64,000 nt of DNA from assembly GCA_963729605.1 (NCBI GenBank), contig CAVSNY010000007.1, positions 1,280,001-1,344,000 of the forward strand, given 5' to 3'. The notes under the pieces were generated by a model, which worked only from the letters and a program-made list of their open reading frames with translations, was not told where the DNA came from and made no database searches. Origin of the DNA: an uncultured Gammaproteobacteria bacterium (GTDB taxonomy: Bacteria; Pseudomonadota; Gammaproteobacteria; DRLM01). The position numbers were made by a program, and so were the translations under genes. Below, piece after piece: positions 1 to 13,296 of this stretch. The number at the start of each line of letters is the position of its first letter. Position 1 is the stretch's first letter.

Positions 1-262
1 TCGATCTGCGCTTCGATCATTTGCCGCAGAGTCTCCGGTATGCCTAGGTCGATCTCTTCCAATGGATGCCTGAGTCGCCAACGTCCCTCCTCTCACGAAA
101 TGAGATTCCGGCGCGTCAGGTGGTCCAGGCACCACGATGAACAGCGGATTACCCTCGGTGTTCCGATAGATGGGCTCCGCCAGACCCACCGGCTCTCCGC
201 CATCCAGCCAATCCACCGCGAGATATTCCGCAACGTCGGACTTGGAGAACGGCTCGAGCGCC
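1..262 (-). pseudogene. Fragment of an AAA/STAND-type ATPase domain (large transcriptional-regulator type), with a frameshift and an in-frame stop; runs off the window edge
   Basis: Manual minus-strand translation gives LEPFSKSDVAEYL...GLAEPIYRNTEGNPLFIV, then after a frame change LDHLTRRNLIS*EEGRWRLRHPLEEIDLGIPETLRQMIEAQI. The 'TEGNPLF' and 'GIPETLRQMIEAQI' motifs are typical of this family. No intact N-terminus upstream. Confidence 0.7.
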
Positions 263-858
263 CAAGAATCGGGCGCCGCCGATGGGTCTGTTCGCCTGAC
301 AAAAGATAGCACCAGTTCGTCGAGGCATCATGCCTTTGCGTGATTTATTCGATGGCCATCGCTAGGCTGAAGGTTTACGGTAAAATAATAGGGTAGTGCA
401 GGATGCTTAAAACGGTATGAGTTTAGCGTAGAGTCCGCAGCGTACTTGGTTCACTCAAGGCTCTCTCATGGTATATTTCGTGTATCGACGACCTGACTTA
501 AAACAGGTTATTGAAATTAAATTGCAATTATGGATGATTTACAATCAAGTGAAGTGAGGGGCATCCCGCCGTGACGATGGACGGCTTTTTGGCCTATCTC
601 TTGCCTGAAATTTCGATGTCTTTTGAATATTCCGGTCTGGCCATCAGAGACGATGCGCCTGAACGGTGATGGACTTTCACTGACTGACTGCCTTGCCCAG
701 CGCAAGGTATCAAGATCACTGTTCATTTTCACTTTGACGACTTCAATTCCCGCCACCATATAAAAAGTCATCTTGACCGAAGCCGCGGATCACGGCCGAG
801 GTCCGCAAACACGCAGGATGCCTTTTCGGCAAAGCCGGTCATAACGCCAGGGACGGCG

Positions 859-3800
859 TTGACCATCCAAGGTTCGAGCAAGGAGCATGTCATAGCCATC
901 AAAGATTTCGGATTTTCGGCGTATATACGGAATGCGCTGCGCCACGACCGGGATACCGAGTTGTTGCGCTCGGAGTTGTTCAGCATCGAGCAATTGAAAC
1001 GTCACGCGGTCACGCTGGCGGGTCAGCATCGAATCGATTCGCGTTCGGGGCCGGACAGATTGCTGCCACGGCTGGCGGACAACGCGCGCGTCTTGCTGGC
1101 GGCCTATGACGTCGTGACCGCCGCCGCCACCCAGGGACAGCGGATCGTGCCGGCGGAGGCCTGGCTGCTCGACAATTTCTACCTGATCGAACAGCAGGTC
1201 ACGCTGGCGCGCCGGCATTTGCCGCGCGGCTACAGCCGCCAGTTGCCGCGACTGGCCGAGGGTCCGTCGGCCGGTTTCCCCCGCATCTACGACCTGGCGT
1301 TGGAGCTGATTTCTCACATGGACGGTCGCGTCGACGGCGACAATGCCACCCAGTTCATCGCCGCTTACCAGGCCGTCGAACCCTTGAAGCTGGGCGAATT
1401 GTGGGCCTTCCCGATCATGCTGCAGTTGGCGCTGCTGGAAAATTTGCGCCGGGTCGGGGTGCGCATCGCTCAGCGGCGCGAGGAGCGCGATGCGGCCATC
1501 ACCTGGGCGGACCGCATGCTCGCCACGGCCGAAAGCGAACCAAAACAGCTGATCCAATTGCTGGCCGAGTTTGCCAATGCCGATGTGCCGCTGACCGCGC
1601 CGTTTGTGGAGGAATTTTACGCTCGGCTCCAGGCCCAGGGACCCGCCATGGCCTTCGTGCAAACCTGGGTCGAGCAAAAACTGCTCGAACAGGGGGTGAC
1701 CGCAACCGAGTTGTCGGAGGCGGCCGGCCGCACCGCCGCGGCCAACCAGATATCCATCGCCAACAGCATCGGCAGCCTGCGTTTCATCGGCGCCATGGAC
1801 TGGACGCATTACGTCGAGTCGCTCAGCGTCGTCGAACAGATTCTGCGCGAAGACCCGATGGAACATTACGCCAGCCAGGATTTCGCCACCCGCGACCGCT
1901 ACCGGCATGTCATCGAAGACGTGGCGCGACGCAGCGCGTATAGCGAAATGGCGGTGGCGCGCGAGGCCATCGCGCTGGCACGGGCGACCGCCGCGCAGCG
2001 GGGCGCGCATGACCGCGGCGCCCATGTCGGCTACTACCTGATCGATCGGGGACGGCGGGATCTGGAGCGTGCGGTCGGCTACCGGCCGTCGTTGAAATCC
2101 CGGCTCAGCCGGGCGTGCCGAAATCTCCGCCTGCCGCTTTATCTCGGCCCCATCCTGCTGCTCACGCTACTCGCGGCGGCGGCCGTGCTGTTCGTGCTCG
2201 GCGGGCTCGATGCTGGGTGACTGGCGATTCTGGTTTTTTGCGCTTCCCCTCGTGATCGGCGCTTCGGCGCTGGCCGTGCCGCTGGTGAATCTGCTGGTCA
2301 CGCTCACCCTGCCGCCGCGTGCCTTGCCCCGCATGGATTTTTCCAAAGGGATTCCGGACGGCCATCGCACCATGGTGATCGTTCCCACCCTGCTGACCAA
2401 ACCGCAGGACGTCGACGATCTGCTCGAAGCCATGGAAATCCGCTATCTCGGCAATCGCGATCCCAATCTGTTCTTTGCCTTGCTGACGGATTTTCGCGAC
2501 GCCCCCGAGCAAACGCTGCCGGAAGACGCCGCCTTGCTCGATCACGCGCGCGCCGGCGGTCGAGGCGCTCAATGAAACCTACCGCGACGACCGCCCATGC
2601 ATCTTCTATTTGTTTCACCGGCCACGCCTGTGGAATCCCTTCGAGCGGGTGTGGATGGGTTACGAGCGCAAGCGCGGCAAGCTCGAGCAGTTCAATGCCC
2701 GGCTCAGGGGCGAGGCGCCCACGGCCTTTTCGGAGATCGTCGGTGATCCGTCCATTCTTCGCTTCGATCCGCTACGTCATCACCCTCGATACCGACACGC
2801 AATTGCCGCGCGACGCGGCCCGCACGCTGATCGGCAACCTGGCGCATCCGCTCAACCGGCCGGTCTACGACGCCGGCAAGGGCCGCATCGTCGAAGGCTA
2901 CGCGATCCTGCAACCGCGCGCCTCGATCAGTCTGACCAGTGCGGGCCAGTCACGCTTTACCAAACTGTTCGCGGGCGATTCGGGCATCGATCCCTACACG
3001 CGCGAGGTGTCGGATGTCTACCAGGATCTGTTCGGCGAAGGCTCATTCATCGGCAAGGGCATCTACGACGTCGATGCGTTTCGTCAGGCCGTCGACGGAC
3101 GTTTTCCGGAAAATCTCATTCTCAGTCACGATTTGCTGGAAAGCGGCTATGCGCGTTCGGCCCTGGTGACCGATGTCGAGCTCATCGAAGCGCATCCGGC
3201 CAGTTACGCCATCGAGGCCAGCCGGCGCCACCGCTGGATACGCGGCGACTGGCAACTGGCCGGCTGGTTGCTGCCGCGCGTCCCCGGGCCATCCGGCCCG
3301 AATGGAACGAAGGCGAAGCGGCAAGCGAATCCGCTCTCGGCCCTGTCGCTGTGGAAGCTGTTCGACAACCTGCGGCGCAGCCTGGTGGCGCCGGCGCTGC
3401 TGGCCCTGCTGGCGGGTGGATGGCTGCTGGGTCCGGGCCCCGGGTGGTTGTGGGCCCTGCTGGCGGTGGCGGTGGTGTGCCTGCCCGCCCTGCTGTCCAG
3501 CGTGATCGAGCTGGTTCGCAAGCCGAAAGAACGCGACTGGCTGGTGCACCTGAACCTGACCGGCAAATCCGCGGGGCGCCCGATCGCGCTTGCCTTGCTG
3601 ACCCTGGCCTTTTTGCCCTACGACACGCTGATCTGCCTGAGCGCGATCTTTCGCTCGGCGATACGCATGCTGTTCACGCGACGCGGCCTGTTGCTGTGGC
3701 AGCTACCCGCCTACGCGCGCCGCAATACACGCCGCACGCTGGCCGAATTTTTCCGCGAGATGTGGATCGCGCCGACGCTCGCGGCGGCGCTGAGTGCGGC

Positions 3801-6800
3801 ATTGGCGATGGCAAGCCAGCCGGCGGCGTGGCTCTATGCCGCCCCCATCCTGCTGCTGTGGCTGATGTCGCCCGTCGATCGGCTGGTGGATCAGCCGGCC
3901 GCTGGCCAACTCCGTTCCGGCTTTGAGCGTCGATCAGCGGGCCTTCCTGCGGACATCGGCCCGCCGCACCTGGCGTTACTTCGCGGACTTCGTCGGTCCG
4001 GATGACAATTGGCTGCCGCCCGACAACTTCCAGGAATACCCGGTCCCGGTCATCGCCTCGCGCACCTCGCCCACCAACATGGGCATGTCGCTGCTGGCCG
4101 ACCTGGCGGCATACGATTTCGGTTATATCCCGGCCGGGGAGTGCCTCCAGCGTATCGGCAATACTCTGGCCTCGATGGAAAAACTGGAGCGTTACCGCGG
4201 CCATTTTTACAACTGGTACGACACCCGCACGCTGCAACCCCTGCATCCGCAATACGTCTCGTCGGTGGACAGCGGCAACCTGGCCGGCAGCCTGCTCACC
4301 CTGCAGGCGGGACTGGCCGAAATGAAGCATCAGCCGGTGCTGTCGGCCAGCGCGTTCCGGGGACTGCAAGACACCCTGCAGGTGCTGGCCGAACAATTGC
4401 CCGCTTCTCCCACCCCCGAGTTGGCGAAAAAGATCCGCGTGCTGCAAGACACCCTGCGCGCGCTTACGGCGGACGGACCGCCGTTGACGCTCATGGCCGC
4501 CGCCGGCGCGCTGGACCAGCTACATCGCACGGGCGGAACGCTGATTGAATCGCTGCGGGCGGATTTCGATATCGATGGCGAACTGGTTTACTGGGCGCGG
4601 GCATTCGACCGGCAAACCCGCGCCCTGGGGGACGAGTTTGCGTCCCTCGTGCCCGCGTCGTGGCAGGGCAGCGCCATCCCGACCCGGATGGAACTCGCCG
4701 GCGCGGGCGCGGCGGGCGCGCTGACCCAGCTCGGGCTTATCGATGACCTGATCCAGCGTTGCCGCGCATTGGCGGCGATGGATTTTGAATTTCTCTACGT
4801 TACGGCGCGCTGCCTGTTGGCCATCGGCTACGACGTCGGCGAGCGGCGCCGCGATCCGGCCTGCTACGACCTCTTGGCGTCGGAAGCGCGCCTGGCCAGT
4901 TTCCTGCTCATCGCTCAGGGACAGGTGCCGCAGAAACATTGGTTCTCGCTCGGCCGCCTGCTGACCAGTCATGGCGGCGACGTGAGCTTGATTTCGTGGA
5001 GCGGCTCGATGTTCGAGTACCTGATGCCGCAATTGATCATGCCGAGTTACCCGAACACCCTGTTGGAGCAGACCTGCAAGGCCGCGGTGTCGCGCCAGAT
5101 CGAATACGGCCGCCAGCGCGCGGTGCCCTGGGGAATTTCCGAGTCCTGCTACAACGCCACCGACATGCGCCAGGTCTACCAATACCGGGCCTTCGGCGTG
5201 CCTGGTCTCGGCTTCAAGCGCGGGCTGGGGGACGACCTGGTCATCGCGCCCTACGCCAGCGCCCTGGCGCTGACGGTGATGCCGCGGGAGGCGTGCCGCA
5301 ACCTGCGGACGCTGGCCGGCCAGGGCTTCCTCGGCGCCTACGGATTCTACGAGGCGATCGATTACACGCCGTCGCGGGTGCCGCGCGGCAAGCCTCACGC
5401 CATCGTGCGTTCGTTCATGGCCCATCACCAGGGCATGAGCCTGCTGGCCTTCGCGCATGTCTTGCTCGACCAGCCGATGCAGCGCCGCTTCATGTCCGAC
5501 CCGCTGGCGAGGGCGACCGAATTGCTGCTGCAGGAGCGCGTGCCGAAGAAGGGCGCCACCCTGCATCCGCACGCCGCCGAAGTGAGCGCCGCCGCGCATC
5601 CCCCCAGCGCGGACATGGGCTCGATCATGCGCGTGTTTACCGAACCGAACACGCCGATCCCGGAAGTGCATTTGTTGTCGAATGGCCGCTACCACATCAT
5701 GGCGACCCATGCCGGCGGCAGTTACAGCCGCTGGCGCGACCTCGCGGTGACCCGCTGGCGCGAGGACGTCACCTCCGACGGCTGGGGCACGTTCATTTAT
5801 CTGCGCGACCGTGACAGCGGGCGGTATTGGTCGGCGGCGCACCAGCCGACCCTGCGCCGGGCCGATCACTACGAGGCGATCTTCGTGCAGGCACGCGCCG
5901 AATACCGGCGGCGCGATCACGCCATCGAAACGCACACCGAGATCAGCGTGTCCCCTGAAGATGACGTCGAGATTCGCCGCATCACGCTCACCAACCAGTC
6001 GTCGCGGCGCCGTCACATCGAGGTGACCAGCTACGCGGAAGTGGTGCTGGCGCCGTTGAACGCCGACCTCGCGCACCGCGCGTTCAGCAATCTATTCGTG
6101 CAGACTGAAATCCTGCCCGAGCGGCAGGCGATCCTCTGCACGCGGCGGCCGCGCACGCCCGGTGAACAAGTGCCGTGGATGTTTCATCTGTTGGCCGCGC
6201 CGGGCGCGACGGCGGACGATCCGTCTTACGAAACCGACCGCGCCCGCTTCATCGGACGCGGCCGCACCGCAGCCAACCCGCTGGCGCTCGACGGCGGCGA
6301 CAGCCCGATCAAGCTGTCGAACACCGCGGGGCCGGTGCTCGATCCCATCGTGGCGATCCGCCGCACGTTGAGTTTGTCTCCCGACGCAATCAGCGAGCGT
6401 GCAGATCATCTCCGGCGTCGCGGAAACGCGCGCGGCCGCATTGGCCTTGATCGAAAAATATTGTGATCGCCACTTCGTCGAGCGTGCTTTTGAAATGGCC
6501 TGGTTCCAGAGCCAGGAGGTGTTGCGCCACCTCAACGCCACCGAAGCCGACGCCCAGGTGTACGGCCGCTTGGCCAACTCGGTCATTTACGGCAATGCCC
6601 TGCGCCGCGCCGCGCCCGGCATCATCGCCCGCAATCAGTTGGGACAGTCCGGGTTGTGGCGATTCGCCATCTCGGGCGACCTGCCGATCGTCCTGCTGCA
6701 TATCGGCGACGTCAACCGCATCGACTTGGTCAAGCAAGTGCTGCAAGCGCACGCCTATTGGCGCATGAAGGGCCTGGCCTCCGACCTGGTGATCGTGAAC

Positions 6801-9499
6801 GAGGATTTCTCGGGTTACCGGGCGGTGTTGCAAGACCTGATCATGGGTTTGATCAACGCGGGGCCCGCGGCGCAGGTGCTCGACAAACCGGGTGGGGTCT
6901 TCGTGCGGCGTGCCGAAGAGCTTTCCGAGGACGAGCGGGTGCTGCTGCAGACGGTCGCCCGCATCGTCTTCAGCGATACCGGCGAGACCCTGATCGAGCA
7001 AGTCGAACGTCGTGTGTCGGCGGAGCGTGCGTCGGACCTGCTGGAGCCCGTGCAGCAGGCGGCCGTCGAACCGGTGTATCCGCTGGCGGCGCGCGAGCGC
7101 ATTTTCTAGCAACGGTCTGGGCGGCTTCACGCCCGACGGGCGCGAATACATCATCACCCTCGAGCCCGGCCGGAATACGCCGGCGCCGTGGGTCAATGTG
7201 ATTGCCAGCCCGCATATCGGCACGGTCGTGAGTGAAAGCGGCAGCGCCTATACCTGGGTGGAAAACGCGCACGAGTTCCGCCTCACCCCCTGGCACAATG
7301 ACCCGCTGTCCGACAGCAGCGGCGAGGCGCTCTACATCCGCGACGAGGCAACGGGTACCTTCTGGTCGCCGACGCCGTTGCCCGCCCGCGGCCGCTCCGG
7401 CTATGTGTGCCGTCACGGCTTCGGCTACAGCGTATTCGAGCATTACCAGGCCGGCATCGCCTCGGAACTGTTCACCTACGTCGCCATGGACGCGCCGGTG
7501 AAATTCGTGGTGGTCAAATTGCGCAATCATTCGAAGCGCGCGCGCAGCCTGTCCTTGACCGGATATTGGGAACTGGTGCTCGGTGAGTGGCGCCACGCCA
7601 ATCTGATGCACATCGTCACCGAAATAGACGCGCACAGCGGGGCGCTGTTTGCCCGCAACGCCTACGGCCGCGAATGCGCCAAGCGGGTGGTCTTCGCGCA
7701 GGTCAGCGAGCGCGAGCGCTCGGTGAGCGGAAACCGCACCGAGTTCATCGGCCGCAACGGCTCGCTGGCCAGCCCGGCGGCGATGCGCCGCAAACGCTTG
7801 TCGGGCAGGACCGGCGCCGGCCTGGATCCGTGCGCGGCGATTCAGGCCCGGATCGAACTGGCCGCGGGGCAAGAACGCGAGATCGTGTTCGTCTTCGGCG
7901 CGGCCCGCGACGCCGGCGAAGCGCGCCATTTCATCCAGCGCTTCGGCGGGCGCGCGGGTGCGCGGCAGGCGCTGGAAACGGTGTGGGAACATTGGAACCG
8001 CACCCTCGGCGCGGTGAATGTGGACACGCCCGACCCCGCGCTGAACGTGCTGGCCAACGGCTGGCTGGTGTATCAAACCTTGTCGTGCAGGCTGTGGGCG
8101 CGCAGCGGCTATTATCAGTCCGGCGGTGCCTACGGTTTCCGCGATCAATTGCAGGACACCATGGCCCTGATCCATGCGACTCCGTGGCTCGCCCGCGAGC
8201 AATTGATCCGCTGCGCCGGGCGCCAGTTTCTCAAGGGCGACGTACAGCACTGGTGGCACCCGCCCAACGGACAGGGCGTGCGCACCCATTTCTCCGACGA
8301 CTATCTGTGGCTGCCGTATGCGACCTGCCGTTATGTGCGGGCGACCGGCGACACGGGCGTGCTCGACGAGTCCATCCATTTCCTGGAGGGCCGCGAGCTG
8401 TATCCGGAAGAGGAGGCCTACTACGATCAGCCGCAACGTTCGCCCGAAGCGGCCAGCCTGTATGAGCATTGCGTGCGCGCCATCAAACACGGCCTGCGTT
8501 TCGGCGTTCATCAATTGCCGCTGATGGGTTGCGGCGACTGGAACGACGGCATGAATCTCGTCGGTCGCGATGGCAAGGGCGAGAGTGTGTGGCTGGCGTG
8601 GTTCCTGTATGAGAATCTCGAGTTGTTTGCGGGTTTGGCGCGTGACCGGAACGACGCGGACTTCGCGGAGCTGTGCGGCGCTCAAGCGGCGCTGCTGCGC
8701 AAACACATCGAAACCCAGGCCTGGGACGGCGCTTGGTATCGGCGCGCCTATTTCGACGACGGCACCCCGCTGGGCTCGTCCGTCAACGACGAATGCCAGA
8801 TCGATTCGATCAGCCAGAGCTGGGCGGTCATCTCGAACGGCGGCGATCCGGAGCGGGCCCGCCAGGCGATGACGGCGGTCGATCAGCGCCTGGTGCGACG
8901 CGACCGGCGGATCATCCAGCTGCTCGACCCGCCCTTCGACAAATCAGATCTGGAGCCCGGCTACATCAAGGGCTACATCCCCGGGGTGCGCGAGAACGGC
9001 GGCCAATATACCCACGCCGCGATCTGGACCACGATGGCATTTGCCATGATGGGCGACACGAAACGCGCGTGGGAATTCTTCGCCATGCTCAATCCCGTCC
9101 ATCACGGCAGCACGCCCGAGGCCATCGAACGCTACAAGGTCGAGCCCTATGTGATGTGCGCGGACATCTATGGCGTATCGCCGCACACCGGCCGCGGCGG
9201 CTGGACCTGGTACACCGGCGCGGCGGGCTGGATGTACCGGCTGACCGTGGAAACCCTGCTGGGCCTGCAACTGGAAGTGGACCACCTGCGCATTGCGCCG
9301 TGTATCCCCGACGGATTGGGATTCCTACAAGATCCACTATCGTTATCGCGATACCGTCTACCACATCACCGTCAAACGTGTCGGCGGGGCATCGGGGCGG
9401 GTCACCCGGGTGAGCCTGGACGGTGCCGAACGTCCCGACACACGCATTCCGCTGCTCGATGACCGCCGGGAGCATTTCGTCGAGGTGGAGTTGGGCTAA
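859..9499 (+). CDS. ndvB: Cyclic beta-1,2-glucan synthase (NdvB/ChvB/Cgs; glucosyltransferase region plus GH94 phosphorylase region), ~2,877 aa, split by seven apparent +1 frameshifts
   Basis: Consecutive ORF pieces carry family motifs: LRSELFSIEQL, WLLDNFYLIEQQ, GYERKRGKL, ITLDTDT, LSHDLLES, RTSPTNMG, SWSGSMFEYLMP, YYQSGGAYGFRDQLQD, GDWNDGMN, ENGGQYTHAA, GGWTWYTGAAGW. Removing one base at ~2216, ~2553, ~2758, ~3878, ~6388, ~7107 and ~9310 gives one frame of 2,878 codons. The exact start codon is uncertain. Confidence 0.9.
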
Positions 9500-9504
9500 A
9501 GGGG

Positions 9505-9550
9505 TTCGCGAAAGAATAATTCCGTATGCAGGAAGCGATTCTTTCGCGGA
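9505..9550 (+). terminator. Long hairpin downstream of ndvB (possible terminator or mRNA-stabilising stem)
   Basis: TTCGCGAAAGAAT (9505-9517) pairs with ATTCTTTCGCGGA (9538-9550), with an inner TTCC/GGAA stem. No strong U-tract. Confidence 0.45.
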
Positions 9551-9809
9551 TATTAAACGCATCTTAATATTGGCGGCGCGCGCAACACGGATGTGATTTC
9601 GCTGTTGGGTATGCGTAGGCGAGGTTGATGGCGATCGGGTGCGTTGTATATTGTGCCGGGGAGAGGACGGGTGTCTCCGCTTGACGCCAGGTTTCGGTGC
9701 CGGCACTGACCACGGAAGATGGGTATTATTCTTGAAGGTTTGCTGAACCATCGCATGAGGGCGCGGGCGCTTAACCGATACGCGCAAGCAATAATCATAT
9801 TTTTGCTAG

Positions 9810-10319
<510 letters not shown>

Positions 10320-10450
10320 CGCGTTGTTGAAGAAAACGGCTTGCGCGGCATCGCCCCCATTCAACGGCAATGATCAGACGTTTGAAAAGCAGGCGAGGCA
10401 ATCGCCGTGAATCGTGAGAGAGCCGTGATCGGCCTTTTTACGAACCGGCG

Positions 10451-10657
10451 TTAATTGGGGTCCACAAATTTGGATTTGGTTTTGGCGGCCCGTTCATACC
10501 AGTAACTGGATTGCTGGGCGTCGGGGGGCAGGCCCATCCAGCCTTTTTCATAGGCCCGGCCCAAAAATTCCTGTGCGATTACGTTGCCGTTTTCCGCGAC
10601 TTTGCGGAACCAGGTTAGAGACGCCTTCCCAGGCTGTTCACTCTCCGACATGCTCAT
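10451..10657 (-). CDS. Small Sel1-like-repeat protein (68 aa), possibly a remnant
   Basis: WFRKVAENGNVIAQEFLGRAYEKGWMGLPPDAQQSSYWYERAA fits the SLR consensus. A GAGGGG RBS precedes the ATG at 10657. Confidence 0.6.
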   Translation of the reverse strand: MSMSESEQPGKASLTWFRKVAENGNVIAQEFLGRAYEKGWMGLPPDAQQSSYWYERAAKTKSKFVDPN

Positions 10658-10869
10658 CCCCTCTTCATCGTAGCGAGCCCCTCTCGCTTCAAAGCCGGCC
10701 GGGCTCGTTTTGGTTGTTGGTGCTGGGTCTGTATGGAAGGCGGGCATTGTAGGGTGTCGTCCCCCCCAGGCGGCAATGGGGGGAAGTACGGATTGCTACA
10801 TTTTGAAATAGGAACATCTTGCCCCGCTTGTTGCGGAGCGGCATAACGCTTATCCTATGTCCCTCTTCG

Positions 10870-10960
10870 GGAGAGGTACCGAAGCGGTCACACCGGCACC
10901 GACTCGAAATCGGTTGGGGCTTTACCGCCCACGAGGGTTCGAATCCCTCCCTCTCCGCCA
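10870..10960 (+). tRNA. tRNA-Ser (anticodon CGA), long variable arm, encoded CCA
   Basis: GGAGAGG/CCTCTCC acceptor stem, ACCGA-CTCGAAA-TCGGT anticodon arm, GGTTCGAATCC T-loop, discriminator G then CCA. Confidence 0.96.
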
Positions 10961-11184
10961 ATCTCAAAAAGTTATAAATTTAGCCTCGCGTAAACGTAAT
11001 CGCTTGGGGCGCGGTGCATTTTTGATAGTTGTGACGTGACGCCCCCACCTCTCATACCATCCCATGGACTGAAGATTGCTCCCTTGTTTGAAAGCATCGA
11101 GCGGTCATCGCCCGTGAGGCCGCTTACGACGGCATCCGGCCCTTCGCGACCGCCGCGTGATTCGCGGCGACGGACCCTTCGAGG

Positions 11185-11240
11185 GTGTCATGTATCCGTA
11201 ATACCTTCGTCATGCGAGCGCCATATCCCGGCCCTATAGT
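11185..11240 (+). promoter_or_regulatory. Tandem Pho boxes (PhoB sites) and -10 element of the pstS promoter
   Basis: GTGTCAT (11185), CCGTAAT (11196), TCGTCAT (11207) and GCGCCAT (11218) recur every 11 bp (consensus CTGTCAT). TATAGT at 11235 lies 10 bp after the last repeat, as in E. coli pho promoters. Confidence 0.8.
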
Positions 11241-11280
11241 TGCGCCATCTGCGATTCGCAGCAACTTAAGGGAGGAAAAC

Positions 11281-12273
11281 ATGAATAAACCGGCCGCTAC
11301 CGCTGTGCTGCTGCTATCCGCGACGATGACGTTGACCGCCCATGCCCGCGATCTGATCAAGGTTGACGGGTCCAGTACCGTGTTTCCCATCACCGAAGCC
11401 GTGGCCGAGGAATTCCAAAAGGCCGAGAAAGGCAAGACCATGGTCACCGTGGGCATTTCCGGTACCGGCGGCGGTTTCAAGAAGTTCTGCCGCGGTGAAA
11501 CCGACATCTCCGATGCCTCGCGTCCGATCAAAGATTCCGAGAAGAAGCTGTGTGCCGAGAATGGCATCGAGTACATCGAACTGCCGGCGGCCCTGGACGC
11601 GCTGACCGTGGTGATCAATCCCAAGAACACCTGGGTGGATCACCTGACGGTAGAAGAACTGAAAACGGCATGGTCGCCCGAGGCCCAGGGCAAGATCACC
11701 AGTTGGAAGCAAATTCGCCCCAGCTTTCCCGACCGGCCCTTGGTGTTGTTCGGCGCGGGCACCGATTCGGGCACCTATGACTATTTTGTCGAAGCCATAG
11801 TCGAGGGCAAGTCCACCCGCGGCGATTTCACCGCCAGCGAGGATGACAACGTATTGGTGCAGGGCGTGGCCAACGACGTCAACGCCATGGGCTTCTTCGG
11901 TCTGGCCTATTACGAAGAAAACCACGACAAACTCAAGGCCGCACCCATTTCCTGGAAGGGCGGCAAGGCCGTATCTCCTTCCGTGGAGAATGCCAAGAAC
12001 GCCAGCTACCAGCCGCTGTCACGTCCGATCTTTATCTATGTGAACAAAAAATCGGCCGACAGCAAGCCTTACGTGGCCCGTTTCGTCGAGTTTTACATGG
12101 ATAAAAAACACGCCGCGTCGCTGGTCAAGGAGGTGGGTTATGTCCCGCTCCCCGATAAGGCCTATGACATGGCGTTGGAGAAGTTCAAGAACCGCGTCAG
12201 CGGCACCGTGTTCCATGGCGCCGAGGTGGGGGTGGGCATCGAGGAACTGCTGGCCCGTACGCCGACCCATTAA
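11281..12273 (+). CDS. pstS: Phosphate ABC transporter substrate-binding protein
   Basis: Signal peptide; [26 protein letters not shown] and [11 protein letters not shown] motifs; GGAGG RBS. Confidence 0.95.
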   Translation: MNKPAATAVLLLSATMTLTAHARDLIKVDGSSTVFPITEAVAEEFQKAEKGKTMVTVGISGTGGGFKKFCRGETDISDASRPIKDSEKKLCAENGIEYIELPAALDALTVVINPKNTWVDHLTVEELKTAWSPEAQGKITSWKQIRPSFPDRPLVLFGAGTDSGTYDYFVEAIVEGKSTRGDFTASEDDNVLVQGVANDVNAMGFFGLAYYEENHDKLKAAPISWKGGKAVSPSVENAKNASYQPLSRPIFIYVNKKSADSKPYVARFVEFYMDKKHAASLVKEVGYVPLPDKAYDMALEKFKNRVSGTVFHGAEVGVGIEELLARTPTH

Positions 12274-12282
12274 GTCGAGCAT

Positions 12283-12312
12283 GAGTGGGGCGGCGCGAGC
12301 CGCCTCGCACTC
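12283..12312 (+). other. Intercistronic GNRA-tetraloop stem-loop between pstS and pstC
   Basis: GGGGCGGC-GCGA-GCCGCCTC stem with flanking GAGTG/CACTC pairing, at the usual position for a pstS mRNA-stabilising hairpin. Confidence 0.55.
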
Positions 12313-12342
12313 TGATTGGTGATCATCGATAGAGGCTCTGAC

Positions 12343-13296
12343 ATGAACCCGGTCAATTCACTCCCCAGCCGCGACCTGGACCCGCGCCGGCCCTATGGCG
12401 CCAGTGAAGAATTTTTGCGTCGCCGGGCCTTGTGGAATCAGCTTGCCGGCTATCTGCTGTTTTTCGCCGCCGCCGCGTCGGTGTTGGTCACGGTAGGTAT
12501 CGTGTATGTGCTGATCCGCGATTCGCTGCCTTTCTTCCAGCAGGTTTCGCTGGGCGAGTTCTTCACCGATACCCAATGGACGCCGGTATTCGAAAATGCC
12601 CGCTTCGGGGTGATGACCCTGGTGTCGGCCACCCTGACGGTGGCGGGCATCGCGCTGGCGGTGGCCATTCCAGCCGGACTGGGGCTGGCGATTTATCTCA
12701 GTGAATATGCCCATCCCAAGGTGCGTGAGACCGTCAAGCCCTTGCTCGAGTTGCTGGAAGGCGTGCCCACGGTGGTCTACGGGTTTTTCGCGCTGCTGTT
12801 CGTGACCCCGCTGTTGCAGATATTCCTTCCCGGCCTGTCGGGGTTCAATTTGCTGGCGCCGGGTTTGGTGATGGGCATCATGATCCTGCCGTACACCGCC
12901 TCGGTCAGCGAGGACGCTATGCGCAGCGTCCCGATGGGATTGCGCGAGGCGGGTTATGCCCTGGGCTATTCCCGTTTCCGCGTCGCCAGCCGAGTGGTGA
13001 TTCCGGCGGCGTTGTCGGGGATCACCGCGGCCTTCATTCTCGGTATGTCGCGGGCGGTGGGCGAGACCATGGTAGTGGCCATCGCCGCGGGACAGAATCC
13101 CAACTTCGGTTTCAATCCCCTCGAGGGCGCGGCCACCATCACCGCCTATATCGTGCAGATGGCCATGGGTGATCTGCCGCACGGTTCCCTCGCTTATCAA
13201 TCGGTGTTCGCCGCGGGCCTGGCCCTGTTCGTGATCACCTTGGTATTCAACCTGATCGGCTTCTATCTGCGCCGGCGCTTTCGCGAGGTGTATTGA
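12343..13296 (+). CDS. pstC: Phosphate ABC transporter permease PstC
   Basis: [27 protein letters not shown] (EAA loop), SRAVGETM; multiple TM helices. Confidence 0.95.
   Translation: MNPVNSLPSRDLDPRRPYGASEEFLRRRALWNQLAGYLLFFAAAASVLVTVGIVYVLIRDSLPFFQQVSLGEFFTDTQWTPVFENARFGVMTLVSATLTVAGIALAVAIPAGLGLAIYLSEYAHPKVRETVKPLLELLEGVPTVVYGFFALLFVTPLLQIFLPGLSGFNLLAPGLVMGIMILPYTASVSEDAMRSVPMGLREAGYALGYSRFRVASRVVIPAALSGITAAFILGMSRAVGETMVVAIAAGQNPNFGFNPLEGAATITAYIVQMAMGDLPHGSLAYQSVFAAGLALFVITLVFNLIGFYLRRRFREVY

Noticed and set aside
517-771. 84-aa ORF containing RRIVSDGQTG, reminiscent of the IISGGQTG motif of SLOG/molybdenum-carrier proteins
   Set aside because: Similarity is limited to about 10 residues and the rest does not fit.
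859-9499. Programmed frameshifting or a true multi-gene split of ndvB
   Set aside because: The breaks are not at slippery sites or domain borders, and all are +1 insertions; sequencing error is the simpler explanation.
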